Shown here: positions 23,430-35,576 of the stretch, in pieces
How positions within the stretch are numbered: the first letter of the stretch is position 1
Layout: the number at the start of each line of letters is the position of its first letter
Origin: Nemertoderma westbladi
Taxonomy: Eukaryota > Animalia > Xenacoelomorpha
Reading direction: 5' to 3'
DNA length: 54,796 nucleotides
Assembly (NCBI GenBank): GCA_032718475.1
Contig: JAUCBJ010003048.1
Coordinates: 1-54,796, forward strand
Made by a program: the position numbers and the translations under genes
The notes under the pieces: generated by a model
Databases searched by the model: none
The model's input: only the letters and a program-made list of their open reading frames with translations
What the model was told of the DNA's origin: nothing

Positions 23430-24290
23430 TTTGTAGTTAACTTTAAAAATCGCTTAAAAGTAAGTTATGTTTATGTAGTTGACTTTAATAAATCGCTTAA
23501 AAGTAAGGTATTTAGTACAAGTCCTGTTATAACATCGCTTAAAAGTAAGCTATGTATAATGTAGTTGACTTTAATAAATCGCTTAAAAGTAAGGTATTTT
23601 GTACAAGTCATGTTAAAACATCGCTTAAAGTAAGCTATGTTTATGTAGTTGACTTTAATAAATCGCTTAAAAGTAAGGTATTTTGTACAAGTCCTGTTAA
23701 ATCATCGCTTAAAAGTAAGCTATGTTTATGTAGTTGACTTTAATAAATCGCTTAAAAGTAAGGTATTTAGTACAAGTCCTGTTATAACATCGCTTAAAAG
23801 TAAGCTATGTTTATGTAGTTGACTTTAATAAATCGCTTAAAAGTAAGGTATTTAGTACAAGTCCTGTTATAACATCGCTTAAAAGTAAGCTATGTATATG
23901 TAGTTGACTTTAATAAATCGCTTAAAAGTAAGGTATTTTGTACAAGTCATGTTAAAACATCGCTTAAAGTAAGCTATGTTTATGTAGTTGACTTTAATAA
24001 ATCGCTTAAAAGTAAGGTATTTTGTACAAGTCCTGTTAAATCATCGCTTAAAAGTAAGCTATGTTTATGTAGTTGACTTTAATAAATCGCTTAAAAGTAA
24101 GGTATTTTGTACAAGTCCTGTTAAATCATCGCTTAAAAGTAAGCTATGTTTATGTAGTTGACTTTAATAAATCGCTTAAAAGTAAGGTATTTTGTACATG
24201 TTCTGCTAAAACATCGCTTAAAGTAAGCTATGTTTACGTAGTTGACTTTAATAAATCGCTTAAAATAAGGTATTTTATTGCAGTTGCTTA
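23430..24290. repeat. 84-86 bp tandem array, about 10 copies, in the left arm; about 3 inverted copies at 28370-28680
   Basis: gtagttgactttaataaatcgcttaaaa at 23475, 23561, 23645, 23730, 23815, 23900, 23984, 24069, 24154 and 24238. Confidence 0.95.
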
Positions 24291-25417
24291 AAATGAAGTA
24301 TGTGTTTATGCAGTAATATGGTTTAAAGAAACCGATGTTTTTAAAGTTTCGTTTAAACATAGTTTAAATTATGCTAAGTTTTTGCAATGTCGTTTAAACA
24401 TAGTTTATAGTAACCGATGTTTTTACAGTGTCGTTTAAACATAGTTTAAAGTAAGCTAAGTTTTTGCAATGTCGTTTAAACATAGTTTAAAGTAAGCGAT
24501 GTTTTTACAGTGTCGTTGAAACATAGTTTAAAGTATATAAGTTTTTGCACTTTTTTATATAACTTTTAACAGTATAGTTACATAGTACTGCAGTAGGTAA
24601 GGCATCCAAAATGTCATCTTCGAAATTGAGAGCCTAATACGGAGGTGCCAACAAATTTCAGAAGATGAGACATTTTCAAACTTAAATATAATATAATATT
24701 TAACACGTATTTTTCAATATAAGATTGGTGTACTGGATCGCCTAATAGAGAATGCCAGTAATAGCCCTAGCAATACCGCCGCTACCAGTACAGGTAATTC
24801 TGGAGTAATTAATTTAAATCGAAACCTCCATGAATGGCTGCATTGGTTATTAAGTTTACCTATTGCTCGACATCAAAGAAGCTGCGGCATTAGTGCTGCA
24901 TTACATTGTCCCACTCTAAAACATGAAATGCTGGTCGTCCACGTTTCGATGTATTATTTTCTTATTAGTAAAGTTTGTTTGCGTTATTTCAATTCTGTAC
25001 CGGGTATCCACCAAATTTATAAATCAAACCCAAACGAAAATTCCAATTATACCCTGGCAGAGTGGGCAAAAAACTAGAAGTTCTGAAACCCAAAATTATT
25101 AGATTACAGGCTGTTTTTTAGAAAGGCTGGCCATGAAATTGTCGGCTTTTCAAAGTTAAAATGGGGCCCTGAAGTCCAAGGAATAAAGTACTTGGCTTCA
25201 AGTAGAGTTCCTGGTAGTCTAGGCTAGTGCAAAGGGACAACTTATTCCACAGTGGGGTCTTTTACTGTGCGTAGTACGAGCCTGAATTTTTGTATATTTG
25301 AATTTCCCCCGTAAATGCTAAATGTATTGTAGTATAATATATTATTAATTTTATTATAATATTATTATTGGCAAAATAAACGAAAGAGGGTTCAAAAAAT
25401 GTACGATATTAGTAGTT

Positions 25418-25790
25418 ATTGCGAGCCTGAAAAGGACTCGGAACGCAACGGAAGTCGCATTCCTCTGTTCGCATTGACGTTCTACGACTAACAGAGCGGA
25501 TTATGGTCTACAAAGTTATTACGAGCCTGAAAAAGACTCGGAACGCAACGGAAAACCATACTCCCACGCTTGACCGACAGACACCAACGGACGGAGTGGT
25601 TTGTAGTCTACGGAGCTATTACGAGCCTGAAAGGGACTTGGAACGTGACGGAAAGCTGTATCCTCTCACCAGACCCTGTGGATACTAACGGACGGAGCGA
25701 TTGGCGGCGAACGGAGCTATTACGAGCCTGAAAGGGACTCGGAACGTGACGGAAAGCTCCAGCCCCTCGCCAGACATTACAGACACCGAC
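25418..25790. repeat. Four diverged 100-bp repeats with a conserved 36-bp head
   Basis: att(a/g)cgagcctgaaa(a/g)(a/g)gact(c/t)ggaacg..acggaa at 25418, 25518, 25618 and 25719. Confidence 0.85.
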
Positions 25791-26345
25791 TAGACATGGG
25801 TATCAAACGTAGTTGGGGTGGTTAAAATCTTATAAAGTAAGTCGGTCATCATATAAAGTAAGTCTGTCGTCTTATAAAGTAAATACTAAGCAAATTGTCT
25901 TGTACTGTAGGTTTATTATTATTGTATATGTTTATTCTAATTATTTGGTGTATGGGAGCCCAAAAATATTTACAATCAGTTCGTAAATCAGTTCGTTTCT
26001 AAGGAATCAGTTATCAGCGAATAAATTATTATTTTTTACGATCTGCATGACAAATTACAAGTTTCCCCTAACACCAATAATACACCACAATAAACACCGG
26101 TGAATAGTATTTCGGGATCTAGCGCAGCCTCCGGGAACTTACAACGGCGTCAAAACCCCGCTCTGGAACTGATGGCAACAAAGTTGCTGGAAGAAAAATT
26201 TTCTAAAGTTCAAATATCCCGGATCGACGAACCATAACAAAAAGAGTTAGCGATTATGAACTCCAAAATCGAAGTCGAATACAAACTGTGAACTTGTTGC
26301 GGAAATACCTGGAGGGACAGTGATAGGAATATTGGAAGGCGTCTC

Positions 26346-27595
26346 TACGGAGCCCCTAAAGGGACATGGGTTTCCCCTTTTTTTTCTAAGTCCGGCCCAG
26401 AGATACTAAGTCCGGCCCGGAGATACTATCTCAGGCCCTGAGATACTAAGTCCGGCCCGGAGATACTATCTCAGGCCCTGAGATACTAAGTCCGGCCCGG
26501 AGATACTATCTCAGGCCCGGAGATACTAAGTCCGGCCCGGAGATACTATCTCAGGCCCGGAGATACTAAGTCCGGCCCTGAGATACTAAGTCCGGCCCGG
26601 AGATACTATCTCAGTCCCGGCCCGGAGATACTAAGTCCGGCCCGGAGATACTATCTCAGGCCCGGAGATACTAAGTCCGGCCCGGAGATACTATCTCAGG
26701 CCCGGAGATACTAAGTCCGGCCCGGAGATACTATCTCAGGCCCGGAGATACTAAGTCCGGCCCGGAGATACTATCTCAGGCCCGGAGATACTAAGTCCGG
26801 CCCGGAGATACTATCTCAGGCCCGGAGATACTAAGTCCGGCCCGGAGATACTATCTCACGGCCCGGAGATACTATCTCAGGCCCGGAGATACTAAGTCCG
26901 GCCCGGAGATACTATCTCAGGCCCGGAGATACTCTGCCATCTCATACAGTTACTATAGTTTATGGGGTAGCCAATACTTCAAAGCTGCTTGTCATACTCA
27001 TATCATCTCATTCAGGCCTTTGTGAGTGACCGTGGCCTATTTGTTTCGGTTTACATACACCTCTGTTGCAGTTTAACTTTACGCGGCTATTCAGCCATTG
27101 CCTCCAAATAATATGGAATGTTCTTATTATTGGTAGTTCATTTCTGTAGCCGTAGAAGGGTATTATCATTAAGTAAATGCCCGTTGGTAGGTCGGCTTTT
27201 ATTCAAAGGCACGGGGTCATGCCTCCCTCCAGACATGTAATTACTTTGTATTGTGCTAACAATACTCTTGTGTTTCCATATTAAATATCTCACAAATTGA
27301 AATGTGAAACTTAATTTCCATGTTCCCGTCAAGATGTCTGTACTTGTAGAACAGCAATTGATTAACCCAGTTAGCTGATTGGCTGCAGAATTGTTTCTGT
27401 TGTGTTTCTGTTGATTGCTGTGTCAGCGCTATAATGTCTATGAACCTGTTCTGTATTTTATCTCCGGGCCTGAGATAATATCTCCGGGCCGGACTTAGTA
27501 TCTCCGGGCCTGAGATAGTATCTCTGGCCCGGACTTATTATCTCTGGGCCGGAATAAAAAAAAGGGGAAACCCATGTCCCTTTAGGGGCTCCGTA
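26346..27595. mobile_element. Non-autonomous DNA transposon, IS3EU-like
   Basis: Perfect TIR of about 39 bp, tacggagcccctaaagggacatgggtttccccttttttt, and an exact 6-bp TSD cgtctc (26340-26345 and 27596-27601). TAY..RTA termini with a 6-bp TSD match the IS3EU superfamily. Internal 20-bp ggcccggagatacta(agtcc/tctca) units: about 27 on the left and about 4 inverted on the right. Confidence 0.85.
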
Positions 27596-27648
27596 CGTCT
27601 CCTTGCTACTTCGTAAACCATCTTTATTAAGGCCGCAATTGTGCTTTA

Positions 27649-28055
27649 GGACACAGAAACTGACGGATTCTTTGCGAATTGCGCAAACGTCACGAAATAC
27701 GCGATTTTTCCAAACGTCGCAAACATCGGTAATTTTTTTCTACAATGTTGACTCCTTAAGCAAAAGGGTCACGCAAATGATTTTTTTGAACTTTTTTTTG
27801 TGTTCTTGAGTGCTTTTTGCATAAAAAACATATCGACTAATGTTCTAGAACATTGGCCAATACCAAAAAAATTAAAAAACTCTAAAAAAAGAATTGGTGA
27901 AAAAATGGCTGGGGGTGTCGCGAAGTAGGGATCATTTTGCTTAAGGAGTGTCCATTTTACACAACAAAGAATTCCCGATGTTTGCAATGTTTGCGAAATT
28001 CGCGATGTTTGCGACGTTTGCGAAATTCGCGAAGAATCCCGCAGTTTCTGTGCCC
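27649..28055. mobile_element. About 400-bp TA-flanked MITE
   Basis: TA|ggacacagaaactgacggattct and agaatcccgcagtttctgtgccc|TA, with inverted internal gcaaacgtcgcaaacatc modules. Confidence 0.7.
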
Positions 28056-28784
28056 TACTCGAATTGTGGCAAAAGGGGCCAAAGCCGGCCAATACTTCTG
28101 CCCCACAATATGCCCCTAACCCTAACAGAATCACTACTCACTAGTCCTACTATTACCCCTAATCCCACCTCTATTCTTTAGAATACACCAATTGGTCAAC
28201 TGCGCCCTCTCGTGATCTATTTACTAATTGCAGATATCAACAAACCATTTGATTGGACAAAACACAGCAAAAAACATAGCTTACTTTAAACTATGTCTAA
28301 ACGAGACTGTAAAAACATCGGTTACTGCATAAATCATATTACTGCATAAACACATACTTCATTTTAAGCAACTGCAATAAAATACCTTATTTTAAGCGAT
28401 TTATTAAAGTCAACTACATAAACATAGCTTACTTGTATGCGATGTTTTAACATGACTTGTACAAAATACCTTACTTTTAAGCGATTTATTAAAGTCAACT
28501 ACATAAACATAGCTTACTTTTAAGCGATGTTATAACAGGACTTGTACTAAATACCTTACTTTTAAGCGATTTATTAAAGTCAACTACATAAACATAACTT
28601 ACTTTTATGCGATGTTTTAACATGACTTGTACAAAATACCTTACTTTTAATCGAATTTTAAAGTTAACTACAAATACTTTAAAGTAAGGTATTTTATCTC
28701 ATAAATATAAGCAAATGAGAAATGTAAGGTATTTTGGCTTAAATCAGACGCCATATACTTTGGGTCAACCACAAAAGTTATCTT

Positions 28785-28896
28785 AAACTCGGTATCGGTT
28801 CTTACTGGAAAAATATTTGTTTGTTTGTTTTACTATTCATAAACAAATATTTTTAAATATTAATAAATATTTTTCCAGTATAAACCGATCCAAGTT
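28785..28896. mobile_element. About 110-bp hairpin/mini-MITE in the right foldback arm
   Basis: aaactcggtatcggttcttactggaaaaatattt and aaatatttttccagtataaaccgatccaagttt; no counterpart in the left arm. Confidence 0.6.
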
Positions 28897-29179
28897 TTAG
28901 TTCATGTTTACAGTATAAAATCATCAATGCAAATATTTATAATAAAAACAATTAAATTACCTTACAATTAAATTATTATTAATTAAGATACATTAATCTA
29001 TTTATTGATACCTCCGGACCACCGTTCCTAATCTGAACCTCAATCGAAATCCGACATATGAACTGACCTATGTCCTGCAAAAAAAAAGTCTTTATTCAGG
29101 TACATGCGAGCGTCTCCGTCTATATTTCATAAGTTACACCGCAGTTAATCTTCATCCTTTATAGTGGTTTGATGGTACT

Positions 29180-30000
29180 GGTGGGAAGCTGGCCATGAAA
29201 GTATTCAAAATATTGAACACGAACAGTTTTATAGCTCAGATACGGACGTTCGAAAGTTGTAATGCCTATAATATTAATTGTACGTAGCTAGCTATTCATG
29301 GCACTGGTAGCTTGTGTGACCCTTTTTTGAAATTTAAAAAATACGGCAATTTTTGTTATTGGTAAGTGTTCTAGAACATAAGTAGATATGTTTTTAATAG
29401 CTAGTATTATTTGAAATTATATAAAAAAAAATGTGAAAGAATGTTCCTGTTGCAGAATATATTAATGACCAAAAATATTGATGATATTAGGCCTTTAACA
29501 GTTTACAGTGTATATTAACACTTTTTTTTTATTTTGTTTACATTTTCAAAAAATACTAGCGAGTAAAAAAAACTAGCTTCCATAAAGAAATATCTACTAT
29601 GGTTCTAGAACATTCACCAATATCAAAAAAACACTCAAAAACAATATTATTTTTTTTCACTTTTTTTTATTTTAAAAATACTACCTAGTAAAAAAACAAT
29701 AGCTACCAACCACACACCAATATGCACATTCACATTTCACCAATAGAAAAAAATCAAAAATACAAAAAGAAATAAATTTTAAAAATTGTTCACGCAAGAT
29801 ATAGGCTTTCCAGTGCCCCATTCATACATAAACAAAAAAATATACCATATGGTGTACATATTTTAAATAAAATAAAATAGCCTCGTACAGAACCCTGCAA
29901 TATTCGAACGCCCATATCTCAGCTATTTTTAACGACATTTAGATTGTATTTCATATTTGGAATCCTGGCAAGACCACAGCAGCTTTCCATCGGCAAGCTT
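29180..30000. mobile_element. Degenerate AT-rich foldback element
   Basis: atagctcagatacggacgttcgaa pairs with ttcgaacgcccatatctcagctat, and ggcactgg with ccagtgcc; the interior matches 3960-4265. Confidence 0.55.
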
Positions 30001-30234
30001 GTAGAAAGTTTGATAGAAAAATAAAAATTCCGGCTCACCAGATAAGAAGTCGGGAGGTGAAATTATCTCGGCTACGAGTTTCGTGCCATTTCATTAAAAT
30101 TTCTAGAAAAATTATGGGGGAAGGAGGTCGTATCAAAGAGCTACAGTAGTATGCAATATAGTACGTAGAGTTACTCAGTTTATATTCTTTAAATGCATAT
30201 TTAAATATATACATATATAAAGCGTTATACTTAC

Positions 30235-30306
30235 AGGAAAACATGCCAATTTCACTAGGAGCAGAGACAACAGTAAAGCAATAACATTCAATCTATGTCG
30301 CAACAT
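30235..30306 (-). CDS. Exon 1 (signal peptide) of the secreted repeat glycoprotein
   Basis: aaaATG at 30306 encodes MLRHRLNVIALLLSLLLVKLACFP, followed by a consensus donor |gtaagt in phase 0, matching the phase-0 acceptor at 22909. Too short for the ORF track. Confidence 0.75.
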
Positions 30307-30684
30307 TTTGATATCATGAAATTATAAAGTATTTATCGGGACAACAAAGCTTCTATCATCCCGTCGATTTGTTCCTATTAGTTTGCCTAAACCTAATTAC
30401 AATACAGTAAATTTGGCCTATAGAATGCCTATTTACGTATATACTATATGAACATACCTATAGGTATGCGGCCTTGCCCTGCAGTTTGTTCTAGAATATA
30501 ATTAAAAAATTAAAGAATAATGGCGTTGCTACTGAAATTGACAAAAGTCAGTATAGATATTGTATTCCAGTCAATCTAGCAAAAATGAGGTTTGAACCCA
30601 AAACTATTTATCAATTCATCAGAACCAATTTTTAGGTCCGCGTAGCGAGACCTCTAGTATTCACTCCGTTGTTGGTGTTGTGGC

Positions 30685-30887
30685 GGCCCCTGTGGCTCAG
30701 TTGGCAGAGCGTGGGACTTGGAATCTCTAGGTACCGAGTTCAATCCCCCATTCCGGTTTTTTGTTGTAAGATTGGTAGGAAGCCATTCAAGGAGACAGTT
30801 CATGCGTTAGTAGACGCGGACCTTTTTGATTCAACATTATCTTGGGAATACCCAAGGCGTCCTAAACTATAAGCCATTTTTTCAATT
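30685..30887 (+). mobile_element. tRNA-derived SINE (head resembles tRNA-Lys)
   Basis: A box TGGCTCAGTTGG (30693) and B box GAGTTCAATCC (30736); an anticodon-arm-like GGGACTTGGAATCTC; the acceptor and T stems do not pair; a body of about 130 bp follows. Confidence 0.7.
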
Positions 30888-31390
30888 TACTACTACTACG
30901 GTCGGCATGCTGCATTGCAGCTGCATTATATATATATATTACATATATATTAAGAATGTTGAACCGGCTTGTCAACAAAATTGCACCTCCACAACTCCCT
31001 ATCACCCATGACATTTGCTAGATCATCCGCATCTTCAAGGCCAGTGTCCTTTAAGATGCGTCTTAAGAAAGTCATTGGCTGTCCACCATGCTTATTCGTT
31101 CCATGAGGACACCAGAGCACAAGATTATGCACTGGCTGGTCCTCACGGCGAAAGCAATGTCCTACAAAGCGGAGGCTATTCCGTTTGAGTGTCAAGCTAA
31201 CGCTGCCCATGCCTTCCACTTACGTATCCAATGGTCTTCACCTGGCTTTCTGATCCATGAACCAGTAGTAACAGGAGTCCTCCACGTGCTCAAGCAAGCC
31301 GACCCTAGAGCTTATGCCCTTACGACCAGACATTTATTGAGAGCTGTCTAGGTTCACTGTCAGGATTTTGGTCTTCTTGGAATTTATAAC
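30888..31390 (-). mobile_element. RTE family A 3' fragment with an internal deletion and a (TAG)n tail
   Basis: LRFVGHCFRREDQPVHNLVLW..GGQPMTFLRRILKDTGL; KAWA is joined directly to the SLTL region; tail tactactac at 30888. Confidence 0.85.
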
Positions 31391-33026
31391 GAAACTGTCT
31401 TTATTTAGACTGGGTAGTTCTTGTCAAGAGTTGAGCGGTTCAAAAACATGATGTGGTTGTGTCTGTATGTGTGTATAACCATCCAATATGTCAAAAACTC
31501 AAGCAGGTACGCAAAAAAATTTAACGCGACTATTTATCAATTAGTATCTAGTTGTTGAATAGAAAAGTTGGGAACGATTCGATGTGCGATAATCGAAATA
31601 TTAGCATATTATCAATATTATGGAACGCGAAATTAAATACCCACAGCTACACTTTGTCAGCTGAACAACATTTCACTACTTATTGTCAATTTGAGTTACG
31701 TATATTAATTATATTATTATTATTGTTCTATCTCTATTCAGTCAGTGTAATGTCAAGCAGTACATCATTTATATATCGTATGTATATATAGGGCCTATTC
31801 GGCCCTTACATGCCAAAACCGTCTAACTTAATTTTTTTTAAAATGACGTATGCATAAATTTGGAATCAGAAAAACGAGGCGCATCTTTCTAGCCAAGTCT
31901 TAAGTCGTAATTATGAACTCCTAAGGAGTTATATTTTTGCCAAAACCGTCTATCTCATCATCCGTCAATAATAGTAAATCCCAAACTTTCTTCTCCCATC
32001 TTTACTTAGATTGATTTGGGATTAAACATTAAGTTTGGTTTTATTGTTTCCTTTATGCCGAAACCGTATATCTGTGTATTCTGTCTACTTGTATTCCGTT
32101 GGATTCAATATCTAATAATTATTCATTTTTATTTGCCAAAACAGTCTATCTCTATGATCTACAATACAAAAATGATACTAAACTTGCCTTATAGCCTACA
32201 ATCATGCTTTTACTAGTACCTAGTTTTATTAGTTTCCTAAAATTTAATGGGCTATCCAACATCGCAAACGCCATTTATATAGCTACAGTATGTTAGTTTT
32301 CGTGCCATGGTAACTTTCTGACACCCATCTCCAGTATTTTTCGTGCTAAAATTTTCAAAAGTTTTTATGACTAACTAAAATAAATTTATTAGCGGTATAT
32401 CGCGTTTTTTGGATGTTGATGACGATTGTAGAACTCAATATAACATTCGAGAAATTTTTTTGTTATTTTGAATGTGCCCCCTGGGGCACGAAAAAACAAG
32501 TAATGATGATGAGTAATGACATGATAATGAAAAATCAGCATGAAATCAAGCCAATTTTATGACCTTTATTGAAAATTTTGATTTTTTTTGGAGTGCTGAT
32601 CACGAATATAACACTGATATACACCATGTCCCAGAATATAGTGTCGTAATTCAGTGACACGTCCCCCCCCCCCCCTAATTTTTCTACAAATCGTAATGAG
32701 ATTGCATGAAATTTGAAACAGAGATAGTTTCACCTCCCGACCACTGACTGGGTGAGCCAGAATTTTTATTTTTGCTTTCAATCGTGTTCTTTATTTTATT
32801 TATCTAATACAGAAGACCCCTCCGCAGTCTTTTGATAACATTTCACACTTCGCAGTAATTGTGATTATTATTATATTATTATATGCTGCCAGTATGCCGA
32901 ACATACGTGGTCGGGAGACTGAGTCGAAGGCTTTAAAGAAGTCAACAAAGATAATAGCCAGTTGTCTGTCTTTCTTTATGGATAACTCTTCGACTATAAT
33001 TCTAAGTGCCAGAATAGGCCCCATGT

Positions 33027-35200
33027 AATGTTTGCAACCGGATGTTAAAAGGGGAAAAGCCACCACCAATTTGGACTAAAGGTCAACTAAAGCCTCTCCC
33101 CAAGAAAGGAGACCTCGGTATACCAACAAGCTATCGTGGGATCTTTCTGCTTGTGGTAGCTGCCAAAATATACAATAAAATGATTCTATACAGGATTAGG
33201 CATCACATAGAGAAACTACTGCGTAAGAGCCAAAACGGATTTCGACCAAGTAGATCACTACTACTACTACTACTAGGATCGGCATGCTGCATTGCAGCTG
33301 CATTTTTAAGAATGCTGTGCCGGCTTGTCAAGAAAATTGCACCGCCACAACTCCCTATCACCCATGACATTTGATAGATCATCCGCATCTTTAAGGCCAG
33401 TGTCCTTTAAGATGCGTCTCAAGAAAGTCATGGGCTGTCCACCATGCTTATTCACTCCATGAGGCTGCCAAAGTACAAGATTATGCACTGGCTGGTCCTC
33501 ACGGCGAAAGCAATGTCCTGCAAAGCGGAGGCGATTTTGTTCTAGTGTCAAGCTTGGGGGAACCAATGAGACACCTCCAATGTTATATAGTGTCTGGTTG
33601 GAGATGTGTGCATTGTACTTGACACAATGAACCCGGCGTAGCATTCTTGTGAATGTGCCATCCAGAGATTTGGTGTCCTCAGCAGTTAGAGCCCAGCATG
33701 GACTCCCGTAGAGGAGTACTGGAACTACTGCTGCTCTAAATAATCGGACCTTAAGTTTCCGATTAATTTTCGGTGACTTCCAAATCCTGGAAAGCTTATT
33801 CAAGGCTGCCCATGCCTTTCCCTTACGTATTCGAAGGTCCTCACCTGACTTCCGGATCCATGATCCCAGGTAACAGAAGTCGTCCACATGCTCAAGCATA
33901 CCATCCTTTGAGCTTATGCTCATCCGATCATAGACTTGCTGAGGACTTTCAAAGTTAACTGTCAGAATTTTGGTCTTTCTGGAGTTAATAAAAAGACCAA
34001 CACTAGAAGCAAATATTAGCACTAAAAGTAAAAGTAGATCAACAATAGCTCAGATACTTGCACTACGGAGACTGATTGAAGGAATTAAGTCAAAGAATCT
34101 CCCCGCAGTCATGACTTTTGTGGACTTCAAGAAGGCATTCAACTCCATCCATAGAGGTAAAATGCTTGAAATCCTAAGAGCTTATGGAATACCAGAAGTA
34201 ATTGTTGCTGGCATTGGATTGTTATATTGTGACACAGAAGCGCAGGTACTCTCACCAGATGGTGAAACTGAGTTTTTCTCAATCCTGGCTGGCGTACTGC
34301 AAGGTGACACATTAGCACCATTACTATTTGTAATTGTGCTGGATTACGCAATGAGGACGGCCGCAAAGGGTGAAGATCTGGGATTCACACTTCAAGAGCG
34401 CAGAATTAGTAGATATCCGGCAACTACAGTCACAGACACCGACTTTGCGGATTGCATTGCTCTCTAATACGCTAGCAGATGCACAGCTTCTACTGAATAA
34501 TGTGGAGAGGGCTGCTAAGGAGGTTGGATTGCATATAAATGCTTCCAAGACCGAATTCATGACCTTTAATGTTGATGGAAACTTGACAACCATTGATAAT
34601 AATCAACTAAGGAAGGTCGACGACTTCCAGTACCTTGGATCATGGATAGAGAGTAGCAAAAAGGACATAGAAGTTAGGAAAGCAAAGGCTTGGGTAGCTC
34701 TATCAAAAATGGATACCATCTGGAAATCAGATCTCTCCAGGCACCTGAAGACTAAGTTCTTTCGAGCCAGGAGTGGAAAGTGGATTTTTATACGGGGGTG
34801 AGACCTGGACACTGACTAAATCACTTGAACAACGAATTAATGGTTGCTACACAAGACTACTAAGGGCAGCCCTAAACACCAGCTGGAGACTACACATGAC
34901 AAACGCCGAGCTTTATGGTACAATACTACTTATATCAACTACCCTCCGTGAACGCAGATTAAGATTCAGGGGGCACTGCTGGCGAAGTAAAGACGAGCTG
35001 ACGAGGTCATACCAGATCTAATTCTCTGGCAACCAACTCATGGAAAGCGTAGTCGTGGACGACCGGCCATAACTTATATAGATCAACTTGAAAGGGATAC
35101 TGAACTTGGGAGAAACGAAACTGCGACAACTATGGGGAATCGGGAAGCCTGGAAGGATCTCATTTCCACTGTCCGAGTTCGCTCAACCTAGTAGTAGTAG
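33027..35200 (+). mobile_element. RTE family B LINE, 5'-truncated, with a (TAG)n tail and a 12-bp TSD; itself interrupted
   Basis: PLPKKGDL..YRGI..QNGFRPSRS | TIAQILALRRLIEG..GVLQGDTLAP..DFAD..YLGSWI..RLRFRGHCWR. TSD taggc(c/t)ccatgt at 33015-33026 and 35201-35212. Confidence 0.92.
33258..34031 (-). mobile_element. RTE family A 3' end (inner element) with a (TAG)n tail and a 10-bp TSD
   Basis: Intact 238-aa frame (YLGSWI..RLFRAAVVPVLLYGS..LRFAGHC); TSD aagtagatca at 33248-33257 and 34032-34041. Confidence 0.93.
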
Positions 35201-35576
35201 TAGGCTCCATGTTCCCATGACCTTTACTGAACCCATTTTGGTTCCCACGTAGCAGTCTCTCAACAGGATCCCTGATGCGATTTAATAGAATTATAATGTA
35301 TAACTTTGCAGCAATCGAGATTAACGAGATTCCACGAAAAGTTCCACGGGTTGTTAGATTGCCCTTCTTTGGGACTGGAACCAACTAATTTGTTTTCAGT
35401 ACTTGAGGGACTCTCTTTGTCCTATACATGTCCACATTAATGGGGTGAATGAGCTCCAAACACTCAGGAATTTTAAAGACCTCAGGGGGCACGTCATCTA
35501 CTCCACTGGCAGGATTGGTCTTGATGCTTCTAGCTACAGTCTTGATTTCAGCAAAGGAGATGTCACCAATGGGCAT

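Larger units (their letters stand above)
23124..29068. mobile_element. 5.9-kb TA-flanked foldback element filling most of intron 1
   Basis: Termini TA|ggccagttcatatcggattt and aaatccgacatatgaactgacc|TA. The arms at about 23124-24550 and 28260-29068 are mutually inverted, e.g. ggttcagattaggaacggtggt and accaccgttcctaatctgaacc. Confidence 0.85.

Noticed and set aside
25418-25790. CRISPR-like look (36-bp conserved repeat plus about 64-bp variable part)
   Set aside because: The variable parts are homologous to one another (cagac..acggacggag), there are no cas genes, and the context is eukaryotic.
30685-30757. Functional tRNA-Pro(TGG)
   Set aside because: The acceptor and T stems do not pair, the body resembles tRNA-Lys rather than tRNA-Pro, and a SINE-like body follows.
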